Assembly: GCA_011364905.1 (NCBI GenBank)
Contig: RDNZ01000012.1
Coordinates: forward strand, 1 to 62,631
Reading direction: 5' to 3'
From: Candidatus Thorarchaeota archaeon
GTDB taxonomy: Archaea; Asgardarchaeota; Thorarchaeia; Thorarchaeales; Thorarchaeaceae
Length of the DNA: 62,631 nucleotides
Every line of letters starts with the position of its first letter. Position 1 is the first letter of the stretch. The translations under genes were made by a program, and so were the position numbers. Shown here in pieces: positions 46,942-57,171 of the stretch. The notes below the pieces were generated by a model, which was not told the origin of the DNA, searched no databases, and saw only the letters and a program-made list of their open reading frames with translations.

Positions 46942-47403
46942 CTATCTCAAAAGTACGGCAGCTTGGTCGGGACTATATTTCCAGTCAGCTGGGAGTATCT
47001 TCTTCTTCCGATAGTACTTTGAGAGTCTATGGATTTTGCTTTCAGCTAGCTGAAGCCCTCGTTTGGATACAAAATCCGTCTTGTTTTCTTCCAAGTGCCT
47101 TCGGATTGTCGCGGCCTTTGCGATCATGTTCCGGAGGTCCTCTGGAACACTTCGCTCAAGATCATTTTCACGAAGAATGTCCATGACACGTTTACCAGTA
47201 ATCATTCGAACTAGAGGTACGCCATATTGATCCCTGAGGATTTTGCCTATCATTGAAGGAGTGTTTCCAGCCTTGGCAAGTTCAATGACTTTTGTTTCCA
47301 CCCACTGAGCATCTTTTTCCTTCTCCATCCACTCAGGGATTGTCAATGTGGAGGGCCGCTTACTGCTCGATTGGCCCCTTCGTCTTGTGTGCATTCTAGC
47401 CAT
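46942..47403 (-). CDS. rps15: 30S ribosomal protein S15 (uS15/S13e)
   Basis: MARMHTRRRGQSSS.RP, IG.ILRDQYGVP, PEDL..., ESKIHRL.KYY. Confidence 0.98.
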   Translation of the reverse strand: MARMHTRRRGQSSSKRPSTLTIPEWMEKEKDAQWVETKVIELAKAGNTPSMIGKILRDQYGVPLVRMITGKRVMDILRENDLERSVPEDLRNMIAKAATIRRHLEENKTDFVSKRGLQLAESKIHRLSKYYRKKKILPADWKYSPDQAAVLLR

Positions 47404-47526
47404 TGGAACTACCTCTAAGTCCGTAGGTACCCTCAAAAACCGGGTCTGCCACATGGCCCAAAGCTGTGGATATAAAGATTACCTTGTGACGAGTGATTCT
47501 GGTTCACAATGTTGTGCGTGAGTGAA

Positions 47527-48168
47527 TCAATGGTATCTTCCCCGCTCTCGGATTTCTTTCATTCTTGACAATATTGGTTCTGCCGAGCTTCCTAGAACAC
47601 CAATATAGCCTTCAAGCGTTGCTTCCAACATCTTCTCCTGAACCTCCCAATGGGTGGTTTCCAATGCTCTATGAATCAGATGTAAATCCACACCTTTCAT
47701 CTCTACAGTTGCGTTTGATTCTGAGAGACCGAAATCAACAATCCACAGTCGGGAGTTGTTGCTTACAATGACATTACTGGTTGTTGGATCGCCATGGACA
47801 ATATTTCCTTCATGTAGTAGGGCGATTAGTTTCCCGAAATCACGACTAAGAGAAAGGAGGACTGATTGAGATGCTTTTTCTGCCAACTCCTTCAATTGAA
47901 TACCTGGTATGAAATCCATTAGGATTGTGTATTTATTTAGGTCGACGAAATATACAGCCGGCGTAGGAACTCCGAGCGCTCTTGCCGCTGTTAGCATTTT
48001 GCACTCTCTACTGGTCCGTGATTTTCTGAGTTGCATGTCTATGTCTGGAAGAAGGTACGGTTTACTCTGACGCCATTTTAGAACATAAGGGTCTCCCCAC
48101 TGGTCCATCTTGTAGATAACAGACTCAGCACCTTTGGCTAGTACTTGTTTCAATATGCCTATCTCCAT
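47527..48168 (-). CDS. bud32: KEOPS kinase Bud32
   Basis: KGAES, VHGDPTTSN, VDFGL, VDLHL, IRERGRY. Confidence 0.95.
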   Translation of the reverse strand: MEIGILKQVLAKGAESVIYKMDQWGDPYVLKWRQSKPYLLPDIDMQLRKSRTSRECKMLTAARALGVPTPAVYFVDLNKYTILMDFIPGIQLKELAEKASQSVLLSLSRDFGKLIALLHEGNIVHGDPTTSNVIVSNNSRLWIVDFGLSESNATVEMKGVDLHLIHRALETTHWEVQEKMLEATLEGYIGVLGSSAEPILSRMKEIRERGRYH

Positions 48169-49145
48169 AGTATATCTTGGTCATCAGTACGCCATTTGGG
48201 CAGTACATGAGAGTCCTCCACCTTAATTCTACGACCTGATTTATACTGAAGAATCCCATTCCAAGCAATCATTGCACCTTGGTCTCCAGCCAGTGATGGA
48301 GAAACACGGTGAAACGTTGCCTCATGTCTTTTAGCAACACCTGACAGTATCTCAGTAAGACGGTTATTACGGGCCACGCCGCCTGTCAAAAGGAGCTCGT
48401 TCTTCTTGGTATGCGCGATTGCTCGTTCAGCAATCTCTGCTAACATTCCGAATGATGTTTCTTGTACACTATAACATATGTCCGAGATTGAAACGCCTTC
48501 TGAGTGCAACTTTTTTGCAGCAGTCAACATACCTGAATAGCTTAAGTCCATTCCTTTCACGGAGTAGGGAAGGTCGTAGAAGTTACTACCTTTCTTTGCT
48601 TCCCTTTCAACAATAGGACCTCCGGGAAAGGGCATCCCTAACTCCCGAGCAAGCACATCTAGCATGTTTCCGATTGCTATATCCAGCGTTTCGCCAAATG
48701 TTCTAAATCGACCTCCTGCAAAAGCAATAACCTGTGTGTTTCCACCGGAAACGTAGACAGTCACTGGGTCGTTAAATCTAGATTCAAGGCAACCAATTTC
48801 AATATGGGCAACGCAGTGATTGACATCAACGAGTGGGACAGCTAGTTTGAGAGAGAGAGTTCTAGCAATCGTTGCTGTAGTCCTCAAACATGGTCCTAGA
48901 CCAGGGCCTCGTGAGAAAGCAACGAGATTAATGTCCTTAAAATGTATACCAGCTTTCTGGACAGAGTCCTTGATTAACCCAGGACCTAGTTCCGAATGAT
49001 GGCGACTGGCTTCCCGCGGATGAATTCCACCTTGAGCTGGTTTTAGCATATCCCACTCATTTGAAAGAACCTTTCCCTCACTAGTCACAATTCCAGCCCC
49101 AAATGAGTGGGCAGTTCCTTCAATGCCTAGACAGTATAATGTCAT
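48159..49145 (-). CDS. kae1: KEOPS t6A transferase Kae1
   Basis: GIEGTAH, GGIHP, GPGLGPCL, NHCVAHIEIG, VSGGNTQ, GETLDIA.GN. Confidence 0.97.
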   Translation of the reverse strand: MTLYCLGIEGTAHSFGAGIVTSEGKVLSNEWDMLKPAQGGIHPREASRHHSELGPGLIKDSVQKAGIHFKDINLVAFSRGPGLGPCLRTTATIARTLSLKLAVPLVDVNHCVAHIEIGCLESRFNDPVTVYVSGGNTQVIAFAGGRFRTFGETLDIAIGNMLDVLARELGMPFPGGPIVEREAKKGSNFYDLPYSVKGMDLSYSGMLTAAKKLHSEGVSISDICYSVQETSFGMLAEIAERAIAHTKKNELLLTGGVARNNRLTEILSGVAKRHEATFHRVSPSLAGDQGAMIAWNGILQYKSGRRIKVEDSHVLPKWRTDDQDILWR

Positions 49146-49288
49146 TTTTGCTTACCTGGAACGAGATATTCTAGACAAATGTTGTATGTCATCGCAAGTT
49201 GACTCTTACGCTTGGACCATGTTGGAAATCATCATCTAGCAAAGGCTTTATAATGCACTCATAGAGGCTCTCATCAGAGGTGTCCTGA

Positions 49289-49516
49289 GTGCCTGAGAAA
49301 ATGCCAATAAAAGCCTTAGAACAACAACTCAACGATATTGTTTCGATTAAATTGAAAGACCAGAGGATCTTCCGAGGGCGCCTAACAAGATGCGACATGT
49401 ATATGAATCTCACACTTGCAGATGCAGAAGAACTTGAAGAGGATCAGATTAGCGCCAAGTATGGGCAGGTGTTGATAAGAGGCAATAATATTCTTTGGAT
49501 TCAGATTCCTGAGTGA
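49289..49516 (+). CDS. Sm/Lsm protein (SmAP)
   Basis: G.L...D.YMNL.L..AEE (Sm1), G.VLIRGNNI (Sm2). Confidence 0.93.
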   Translation: MPEKMPIKALEQQLNDIVSIKLKDQRIFRGRLTRCDMYMNLTLADAEELEEDQISAKYGQVLIRGNNILWIQIPE

Positions 49517-49533
49517 ATTCAGGTAATGAGTTT

Positions 49534-51555
49534 TCATCGCTCAATCTCGCGGCGATATCGTTCGACTAGCTCTATCAGATGCTCCTCTCCTTTTTGTCTA
49601 GCCTGTTCACGTACAGTCTTGATAAAAGTCTGGAGCTGTTGATTGAACTTGCTACGGCTGATGAAGGCAAATTCATCAACTCGTTGGAGCTCCACCTCTT
49701 TGGCATCAATCACTGGAATAAGGGCTTTAATCAGCTCTTCTTGTGAGAGATGAGAGAGTGGTGTGTCCACAACAACAGCCCGAATCTCACGCTCAATCAA
49801 TAGACCGGCTGTCTGTGGACCTCCCCCTGACGCGTCCTCGAATAAAACAACATCACCACTCTTTAGACCTACCTTTCTAACGAATTCATCGATGCTTTCT
49901 CGTGTGAAGTGAGGGATCACTTTGACTGCGAGCATATCTCCACGTATCTCTAGACGTTTTACTCCTTTTAGACGTTCAAGACGGTTACCTAGAGTTTCCA
50001 CTTGCTTCTTGAGTGAGGTTGACTCTCTCTTTGTTTTTTTCAGCGTTGATTTAGCCTTCACTAATTCGCGGTCTCGTTTGATTTTCCAGTAGTTCTCACG
50101 ACTTACAATCTCAAGGCTGTCTGAAAGTTCACTCTCTCTGAATTTCAGATATTCAACAAACCGTTTCAGATCATCAATCCTTTCTGCAAGTACTTTATTT
50201 TCAGATTCTAGATGCTCCGTTTTTGACCGTAAAGCATCAAATCGTTCCTGTGTCAATGTTTCCTCTTCGACCCTTGGTTGTTCTGGAACACTCTCAACAG
50301 GTTCTAGTTCTTCACTTTCTATGATGGACAGAGCTTCATTGATTGAAGACCCCTTTATGACCAAAGCTTTGAGATGGTTACGGTCTAAGGTCAATTGTTC
50401 ATCGTGAACCATTCTGTCAATCTGCTCAAGTTTAGGAAGCATGTTTCTATAGGCATAAACCGCTGCAGTAAGTGCATCGCGCTCATGGGCATTCCGAATC
50501 TTCATATCAGTTCCGTATTCTCGCGACAACTCCTGTTTATTAGCAACTGAAATTGGTCTTTTAGGGGTGAAAACTGCTGCATTAACAGTACTAGCTATCT
50601 TTTCGATAAGATGAGGAGCCTGCGGTACATCCGATGCCACGATTACAGGAATCCCTTCTTCATATACCTCCCTAATGATGTCTGCTCTTGTAAGACCCTT
50701 TTTGCTTCTCAAAACACGGATTTTCCCATTTAATGTCAGAAGACAATATGCAGCAGTAGTTCCAGGGTCAATACCTAGTATGAAGTATTTGGGTTTCAAA
50801 TCTGATACGGTAGAGCGAGGTTCAAGGGAAAGGAACTCCACTCTTTTTCGAACGGGAGAGATGATTATGTTGAAATCTCCGCCTCGCTTTGCTTCAACAA
50901 GACTACGAACAGCTGGTAAAGGTGCATATGTGACGAGACGAGCGCTTGCATATCCAAAATCAGATGTACGAACATCAAGGTCATAATCGATTTCAGCAGC
51001 CTTCAGTTGTGACTCAATATGGCGGGTCATCTGCTGTATCTGTGAGTGAACTCTACGACGGTACCTATTCGCGCTCTGCCCTCCTCTTCCGGGTTTGCGG
51101 CCTCGAGTCACTTTGATTTCAGTCTGCTCACCAAAGCATTCTAGAGAATAACCAACCCCTCTGGCTGCTAACTGAGCAGCAAGACGAGCAGATTCCAGTG
51201 GAGAAGGCTTGCCCCGAGAGATTAGACCATGGCGCTTCGCCAAGATCTTGAGGGGTGTTTGATGAGGAGGAACTCCTGTTACCTGTACAATTCTAGTTTC
51301 TGTGGGAATTCTGTTTACAAGATGAAATAGCGACTTTGTGTCGGGAACAATTTCGAAAACATTGTCTGTGCACAACCATTTAGGCGCAACTTCACGAACT
51401 AACTTCAGTAATGCTCCTCTAGATATTTCGGGATATTCATTCAGAACTGTTTCATCTCTAGTAATTACACAAGCAAATTTCGGAGCTCTTTTCGAACTTG
51501 CACTATGTGAAGGAAGTATATCGAATCCTATGATGAACACATCATCGTCGCCCAT
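49534..51555 (-). CDS. DUF460-domain protein (COG2433)
   Basis: GFDI, DNVFE, GG.S.NRY.R, GIDPGTT, H.RDALAA-like motif, C-terminal coiled coil. Confidence 0.88.
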   Translation of the reverse strand: MGDDDVFIIGFDILPSHSASSKRAPKFACVITRDETVLNEYPEISRGALLKLVREVAPKWLCTDNVFEIVPDTKSLFHLVNRIPTETRIVQVTGVPPHQTPLKILAKRHGLISRGKPSPLESARLAAQLAARGVGYSLECFGEQTEIKVTRGRKPGRGGQSANRYRRRVHSQIQQMTRHIESQLKAAEIDYDLDVRTSDFGYASARLVTYAPLPAVRSLVEAKRGGDFNIIISPVRKRVEFLSLEPRSTVSDLKPKYFILGIDPGTTAAYCLLTLNGKIRVLRSKKGLTRADIIREVYEEGIPVIVASDVPQAPHLIEKIASTVNAAVFTPKRPISVANKQELSREYGTDMKIRNAHERDALTAAVYAYRNMLPKLEQIDRMVHDEQLTLDRNHLKALVIKGSSINEALSIIESEELEPVESVPEQPRVEEETLTQERFDALRSKTEHLESENKVLAERIDDLKRFVEYLKFRESELSDSLEIVSRENYWKIKRDRELVKAKSTLKKTKRESTSLKKQVETLGNRLERLKGVKRLEIRGDMLAVKVIPHFTRESIDEFVRKVGLKSGDVVLFEDASGGGPQTAGLLIEREIRAVVVDTPLSHLSQEELIKALIPVIDAKEVELQRVDEFAFISRSKFNQQLQTFIKTVREQARQKGEEHLIELVERYRREIER

Positions 51556-51708
51556 TGGGCTCAGCACTCAGTCTTATGACAAAAAAAGAGGTATTGAACC
51601 TATTTGTTGGTTCATTCTTGTACAATAGAGAGACCAGACCATCCTCAAACAACAAGTATAATAAAGTCCTGCTTGAGCAACAGCCAACACTCATTCGAGG
51701 TGTATCAA

Positions 51709-51990
51709 CTGTCCGAAACACTTGAAATTAACAACGACGATGCAATTTTGCGAATTGGACGAGCTCTTTCATCTGGGACTAGGCTAAAAGTCTTGAAGAT
51801 TCTACTTCAAGGAGAGAAAGACGTGACACGAGTAGCTAGACACCTCGGTGGAACCGAAGCCAATGCTAGTGCTCAGATTAAAATCTTAAAGGATGCTGAT
51901 TTACTGGATTGTAGATACGAACCCGGTCAGCACGGTCTCAAGAAAATCTCATGGACCAAGGTTAAACGCATTATCATAGACTTGGAATAG
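51709..51990 (+). CDS. ArsR-family HTH regulator
   Basis: ALSSGTRLKVL..L....DV...A..L....AN.S.QI..L.DA.L, G.HG.KK; probable CTG start after GAGGTG. Confidence 0.85.
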   Translation: MSETLEINNDDAILRIGRALSSGTRLKVLKILLQGEKDVTRVARHLGGTEANASAQIKILKDADLLDCRYEPGQHGLKKISWTKVKRIIIDLE

Positions 51991-52040
51991 ACCTCTTAGT
52001 CGATCAACATCAGAAAGCGTTCAGTCCATTGGAAGACAGT

Positions 52041-52607
52041 TTAAACAGCCAAGTGAGCTTTCCATCGACGAATTCTTTTCAGAATGTTATCACGTTCATC
52101 TGGGCGAATTGTTTTCTTTCCACGTGCTTTTAGAAAGTTGAGAACAATATCCATGTCTCTGGCGACCTTTCCTTTTTGGGACTCGACATCGTCATCATCG
52201 ATTAGGTATTCTCGTGCAGCTTGTAAATATTCATAGATTATTTCTGCAGGTGCCTCTCCAGTACGAAGCTCGTGCGCTATTGGATCAAGGACTCTATTCA
52301 CCTTTGCATTAGCACCATTATCTGAGTCATCAGGTATCTCCATTACAGCTGGTTCTTCATCATTTTTCCCAAGAGAGGATAATTCACCATCTTCATCCGC
52401 ATGTGTGGATACAGTACCAATTTTGTCTGAATTGGGTGTTCTAACCTCGGAGAACAAAGGAAGAATTGATGGAGATGCATCGGTTGCCATATCAGAAACA
52501 AGATTCAAGCGGCTACGTAGTTCACGAAGCTGATCAAAAAGCTCCACAAGGTTTGATTGCATAGCTTCTATTAGTTGTCGTATATCATTGAGATCTTCTT
52601 CAGACAA
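52041..52607 (-). CDS. Hypothetical protein (N-terminal coiled coil, acidic linker, helical C-domain)
   Basis: 188-aa ORF downstream of herA on the same strand. Confidence 0.65.
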   Translation of the reverse strand: MSEEDLNDIRQLIEAMQSNLVELFDQLRELRSRLNLVSDMATDASPSILPLFSEVRTPNSDKIGTVSTHADEDGELSSLGKNDEEPAVMEIPDDSDNGANAKVNRVLDPIAHELRTGEAPAEIIYEYLQAAREYLIDDDDVESQKGKVARDMDIVLNFLKARGKKTIRPDERDNILKRIRRWKAHLAV

Positions 52608-52688
52608 TGGCTAATGACCCCTGTTTGTTTCTTGTCTTATCCAAGTGGAACTTCTTTTTTGGTCTTATCAGGATTGTGGGGAGATACA

Positions 52689-54203
52689 TCATTTATCGTT
52701 CTTTTTTACGGCTTCTGACAAGCTCTTGATAACACCGGTTGGTTCAAACTTCCTTGGACGAATTTTAACGAAGGTAGGAACTGAAACAGTTTCACCGACA
52801 AATAATGCCTCTCCAATTTCAAGGGTAGTTATCGCATCAAGAGACGGACGGTCAATTCCTTCGCTTGATTTACCAATATGATCCAAGTCGTATGGGTTAG
52901 TGCACCTAAAGATAGCTTGGTTGCTACACTGACTTAGGACTGTAGTAGATAGTTTCACAGGCCTCTGAGAAATCAGACAGAGAAGAGCATAGAATTTTCT
53001 TCCTTCTCGTGCAATTGTTTCAATGCGGCTCTTTGGAAGCGCGAGCTCATGCCTACTCTCAGGACAGAACTGATGAGCTTCCTCAAGGACCAATAAAAAT
53101 GGCGGAATTGCTTCACGTCTCCTAAGATAGAGAAGCTCATTGGCGAGATAAGAAACAATGATTTGTTTCTTCTTGAGACTGATAAAATCACTCAGATCAA
53201 TCATGGTGATTTTTCCTGGTCTTACTACAGTTTTGATATTTGGTACAGCTTCCTTTCCAAAAAGTCCAGTTTCATCGAGATTGATTAGCCACCCAGATAG
53301 AGCTTCACGCGTATTCTTGCTGATTTTTTCATCATTTTGTACGAAGTCAACGATGCTTGCTAATGTGTATCCTTCTTTCATTGAGTTCTTCATTTCAGAC
53401 AAGACTCGTCGTAAATCTCGGATCTGAATCGAACTCATGTCTGAAACAAGAGCACCGATAGCTTCGGCTGAGAGCATCTGGGCAGGAATCTGGAAATGTG
53501 ATCCTCGGATGTGTTCTATTTCGATTTGTCCTTTGGGTAATCCAAGTGATTCAGGAGTAATATCTTTCAGATAGGTATATTCTCCGTGAACATCTATAAC
53601 AACAGCAGAGAGACGACCTCTTTCTTTTGATCGCGAGAGCAGCTCCTCCAGTAGAACTGATACAAAGTATGATTTTCCAGCTCCACTCATAGCAAGAATC
53701 GCAAGATGCTTAGATAGAAGACGATCAAGCGATGGAGCAAACTCAAGATTTTGATATGCCAATTGTCCTAAATGAAGACCTTTCTCTAAATCTAACTTAA
53801 GGAAGGAGGCAAGAATATCCTCATCTACTTTTCTGACAACTGCTCCAGGAGAGACTGCAAAATATGGTCTGACTGTGCGACCATTACTCCAGAGCCCCAG
53901 TACTCTTGCTTTGGCTATTGTATACTGCCAACGATCGGTAGGAAATATCGAACGCAGAGGCTCACCTCGTGACTGGTACTCGCGAACAGCTTCTGCATGC
54001 TGGTAGTAGCGGTTCGTACGCACAAAATCTTGAACTCTGGCAATCACCGTACCAGCATCAGTGACAACAGATACAAACTCGCCACGACGAGCAATGATTT
54101 CTCGGGGACCACCCTCAAGAACAAATGAGAATTCCATAACATTGGGACCTAAGTCAGTTGAAACAACTGTTCCAAGTCGTGTAGACACTGAGTATTCAGA
54201 CAT
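52689..54203 (-). CDS. herA: HerA-family ATPase
   Basis: N-terminal HAS barrel, HLAILAMSGAGKS, IDVHGEY, LEEAHQF, AREGRKF, SQRP. Confidence 0.9.
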   Translation of the reverse strand: MSEYSVSTRLGTVVSTDLGPNVMEFSFVLEGGPREIIARRGEFVSVVTDAGTVIARVQDFVRTNRYYQHAEAVREYQSRGEPLRSIFPTDRWQYTIAKARVLGLWSNGRTVRPYFAVSPGAVVRKVDEDILASFLKLDLEKGLHLGQLAYQNLEFAPSLDRLLSKHLAILAMSGAGKSYFVSVLLEELLSRSKERGRLSAVVIDVHGEYTYLKDITPESLGLPKGQIEIEHIRGSHFQIPAQMLSAEAIGALVSDMSSIQIRDLRRVLSEMKNSMKEGYTLASIVDFVQNDEKISKNTREALSGWLINLDETGLFGKEAVPNIKTVVRPGKITMIDLSDFISLKKKQIIVSYLANELLYLRRREAIPPFLLVLEEAHQFCPESRHELALPKSRIETIAREGRKFYALLCLISQRPVKLSTTVLSQCSNQAIFRCTNPYDLDHIGKSSEGIDRPSLDAITTLEIGEALFVGETVSVPTFVKIRPRKFEPTGVIKSLSEAVKKNDK

Positions 54204-54206
54204 AGA

Positions 54207-55367
54207 TTAGCCTCCAAAGGGATTTCTTGAGCGCCTTTTTTCAAGTGTCAGATAGGTGAGTCCAGAAAGCGCCATGAGCCTGTCAATGATTAGTCGCGCT
54301 TCGTTGGTGGTTATCTTTGCTCTTGCATCTGCTTCGAGTATTGGAGTAGGGATACCATATTCAGGATGTTGTGAGGATAATGGAAGGATTGCAGAAAGGG
54401 CCTTGTCTAATTTCTCTGTGTTCTGATCATTGTTATCTGATAAAAATTCAATTCTTATGGGCAGGTCATCTCTTGCAGTCTTGAGGTATGTGACCCAAAT
54501 CGATGATGCCCACTCAGACAAATCATCACCTGATGCGTTCGCGTTTAGAAGAAGTTCTGAGGAGTAGCGGAATGCAAAAGACCGCTCTCCTTCTTCAAGA
54601 AATGTATCAAGAAGGTCGCAGTCGCGAGATATTTTTAGCAACCACCGATAGTCTACTCCTTGCATCATTTCAAAGATTTCTGGTTTGCGAACAACATGCG
54701 GGAGTATATCACCCATAATTGAAGCTACTCGAGTCGACCTACTATCTTTGACTATGCCAACAAGTTTTGACCCCTTCTTTCGGGCCTTATTGTAGAGTTG
54801 TTTGTAGAGAGACAGGACTTCTTGAAACTTTTCGTAAACGATAGACCCTGTTTGAGGACGGTCTCGAGGATGATAGAATAGAGAACCGTCAAGTAGAATC
54901 AGATCAGAATGATATTCTTCAAGTACCGCCAGAGCCACCCTAAGTTCAGCAGCGATTCGCTCAAGTGAAGCAAGCTGGTCTAGCTCTATGCTGGACAGTG
55001 TGAGCATTAGCGGACTAATCTTTGGCTCCGGAAAAGCGTCAGGATAGAAATCAACAATTGGACCATCCTCTGGACCAAATTGAAATACGACTGCTACTCC
55101 TCTTGTTAGGATCAGGTCCATAGACCTGAAACGTTTTCTGACCAAACCTCCGTCTATACCGGCGATTTTCAGACCAGACAAATTTGTGGGCTCTATTTTT
55201 GTGTAGAATTCTTTGCCAATGACATTTGAGGCGACTGCAGGAAACCTACTCAAGTCTATTTTGTTTCTGAGATTTTTGAGAACTCCGCCAAACCGTTCTC
55301 GGGTCCCTTCGATGTGCTCGATTTCCTCTACCAGTTTTGATAACATTTTGTCAAGGTTTCTTTCCAC
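54207..55367 (-). CDS. nurA: NurA-family nuclease
   Basis: AGIDGG, LLDGSL, GIVKDS, YG.P....EAD..A. Confidence 0.88.
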   Translation of the reverse strand: MERNLDKMLSKLVEEIEHIEGTRERFGGVLKNLRNKIDLSRFPAVASNVIGKEFYTKIEPTNLSGLKIAGIDGGLVRKRFRSMDLILTRGVAVVFQFGPEDGPIVDFYPDAFPEPKISPLMLTLSSIELDQLASLERIAAELRVALAVLEEYHSDLILLDGSLFYHPRDRPQTGSIVYEKFQEVLSLYKQLYNKARKKGSKLVGIVKDSRSTRVASIMGDILPHVVRKPEIFEMMQGVDYRWLLKISRDCDLLDTFLEEGERSFAFRYSSELLLNANASGDDLSEWASSIWVTYLKTARDDLPIRIEFLSDNNDQNTEKLDKALSAILPLSSQHPEYGIPTPILEADARAKITTNEARLIIDRLMALSGLTYLTLEKRRSRNPFGG

Positions 55368-57049
55368 TACTTCTTCACTCTCATCTTATTGTATTCCAAT
55401 GCAGCTCTTATTAGCCCCAAGTAGAGTGGATGAGGATTATCAGGTCGAGACTTGAATTCAGGGTGATATTGCACTCCAATCCAAAATGGATGATCAGTGA
55501 GTTCAACAGCATTAATTATTCGTCCAGTTGAGTCCACAGCTGAAACCTTCAGACCTTTTTCATCCATCTTTTTCAAGTACCTGCCAATTAGGTGGTACCT
55601 GTGACGAAATCTCTCATGAGCCATATCGGTACCGTAGAGATCATGTAGTTTTGTTCCTTTTATGATTCTTACATCGTGGCCTCCAAGACGCATCGTGCCA
55701 CCCTTATCTTCTGTAAGCTTCTGTTCATCCATAAGGTCTACAACAGGATAAAGACTATCAACATCTACTTCTGTTGTGTGGGCTCCTTTCCAATTCATAA
55801 CATTCCTAGCGAATGCCACAGTAGAGAGCTGGGCACCATAACAGATTCCAAGAAGCGGTATCTTGGACTTCAATGCTATTGAAGCAGCACAAATCATTCC
55901 TTCCACTCCACGTTCCCCGAACCCCGGCGTCAAAAGAATACCATCTACATCAGACAGATCCTCTTTAAGACACTCGTCTGTGTTTCGTTCTTCTGTTTCA
56001 ATCCACCGTATCTCAATCCTAGCATTGTATGCTGCGGCTGCATCTGTCAGTGCCTGATTGATGCTTTTGTAAGAGTCTCCAAGTGTGGTGTACTTGCCAG
56101 GCATTGCGATGACTATTGTTTCGTTTGCAGTTTCAAAGGATTCCACCATTTTAGACCAAGACTCAGTATTTGGTGTTCTTGATTCCAATCCAAACTGCTC
56201 AACAAGTATGTCCCCGAGACCTTCCTCTTCAAAGGAGAGTGGAAGTTGGTATATCACAGGAATGTCCGGGTTCGAAATGACTCTTTCATTTGGAATGTTA
56301 CAGAATAAAGCAATCTTCTCCTTGGCCGATTCTGGAAGCCTGCTCTCGGCTCTACAGATTGTGACATCAGGTTGAAGACCTAGACTTTGGAGGGTTCTAA
56401 CGCTGTGTTGAGTCGGTTTAGTCTTGAACTCACCTACGGATTTAATGTAAGGTACAAGAGTGACATGAACAACGGCAGTACGGGCCCGACCAAGCTCGCG
56501 AACAATTTGTCGTACAGCCTCAAGAAATGGCATTGCTTCAATATCGCCAACCGTACCTCCAATCTCCACGAGTAGAATGTCTGGAATAGGATCTTTTTCG
56601 ACTACATCCCATATCCTCTGTTTGATTCTGTCTGTTATGTGTGGAATGATTTGAACAGTTCTTCCGAGGAAACCTCCTTTTCGCTCTTCAAGAATAACTG
56701 AGAGGTAAATCTGTCCTGAGGTTATGTTTTGTGATGGATGAACATCCATTCCTGTAAATCGTTCATAGGTCCCAAAATCCAAGTCAATTTCAGAAATTGT
56801 AAATTCAAATCCATCAACTGGTCGAAATGTCCATGTTTGATCTGTTACAAACACTTCCCCATGTTCAATTGGGTTCAAAGTTCCAGGGTCGATGTTCAAA
56901 TACGGGTCAATCTTAATAATTCGAACAGAAAAACCACGAAATTGAAATAATTTAGCAATAGAGGCTGTAGTAACGCCTTTGCCAATGCCGGAAAGAACAC
57001 CACCTGTTACGAACACAAACTTCGGCTTTTCTTGCATAGAATCCAACAT
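55367..57049 (-). CDS. pyrG: CTP synthase
   Basis: TGGVLSGIGKG, KIDPY.N.DPGT..P.EHGEVFV, KTKPTQHSV, GICYGAQ, QYHPEF. Confidence 0.98.
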   Translation of the reverse strand: MLDSMQEKPKFVFVTGGVLSGIGKGVTTASIAKLFQFRGFSVRIIKIDPYLNIDPGTLNPIEHGEVFVTDQTWTFRPVDGFEFTISEIDLDFGTYERFTGMDVHPSQNITSGQIYLSVILEERKGGFLGRTVQIIPHITDRIKQRIWDVVEKDPIPDILLVEIGGTVGDIEAMPFLEAVRQIVRELGRARTAVVHVTLVPYIKSVGEFKTKPTQHSVRTLQSLGLQPDVTICRAESRLPESAKEKIALFCNIPNERVISNPDIPVIYQLPLSFEEEGLGDILVEQFGLESRTPNTESWSKMVESFETANETIVIAMPGKYTTLGDSYKSINQALTDAAAAYNARIEIRWIETEERNTDECLKEDLSDVDGILLTPGFGERGVEGMICAASIALKSKIPLLGICYGAQLSTVAFARNVMNWKGAHTTEVDVDSLYPVVDLMDEQKLTEDKGGTMRLGGHDVRIIKGTKLHDLYGTDMAHERFRHRYHLIGRYLKKMDEKGLKVSAVDSTGRIINAVELTDHPFWIGVQYHPEFKSRPDNPHPLYLGLIRAALEYNKMRVKK

Positions 57050-57171
57050 CAGCGACCTCAGAAATAGTTTTGGGAAGTTCTTCACCGTCCAGGTTTGAAA
57101 TCACGCCTGTCTTTGTGGAGAGTCGTATAAATGATTTGTTCAGCATTTCTTGAATTTCTGTCACAGAACCA

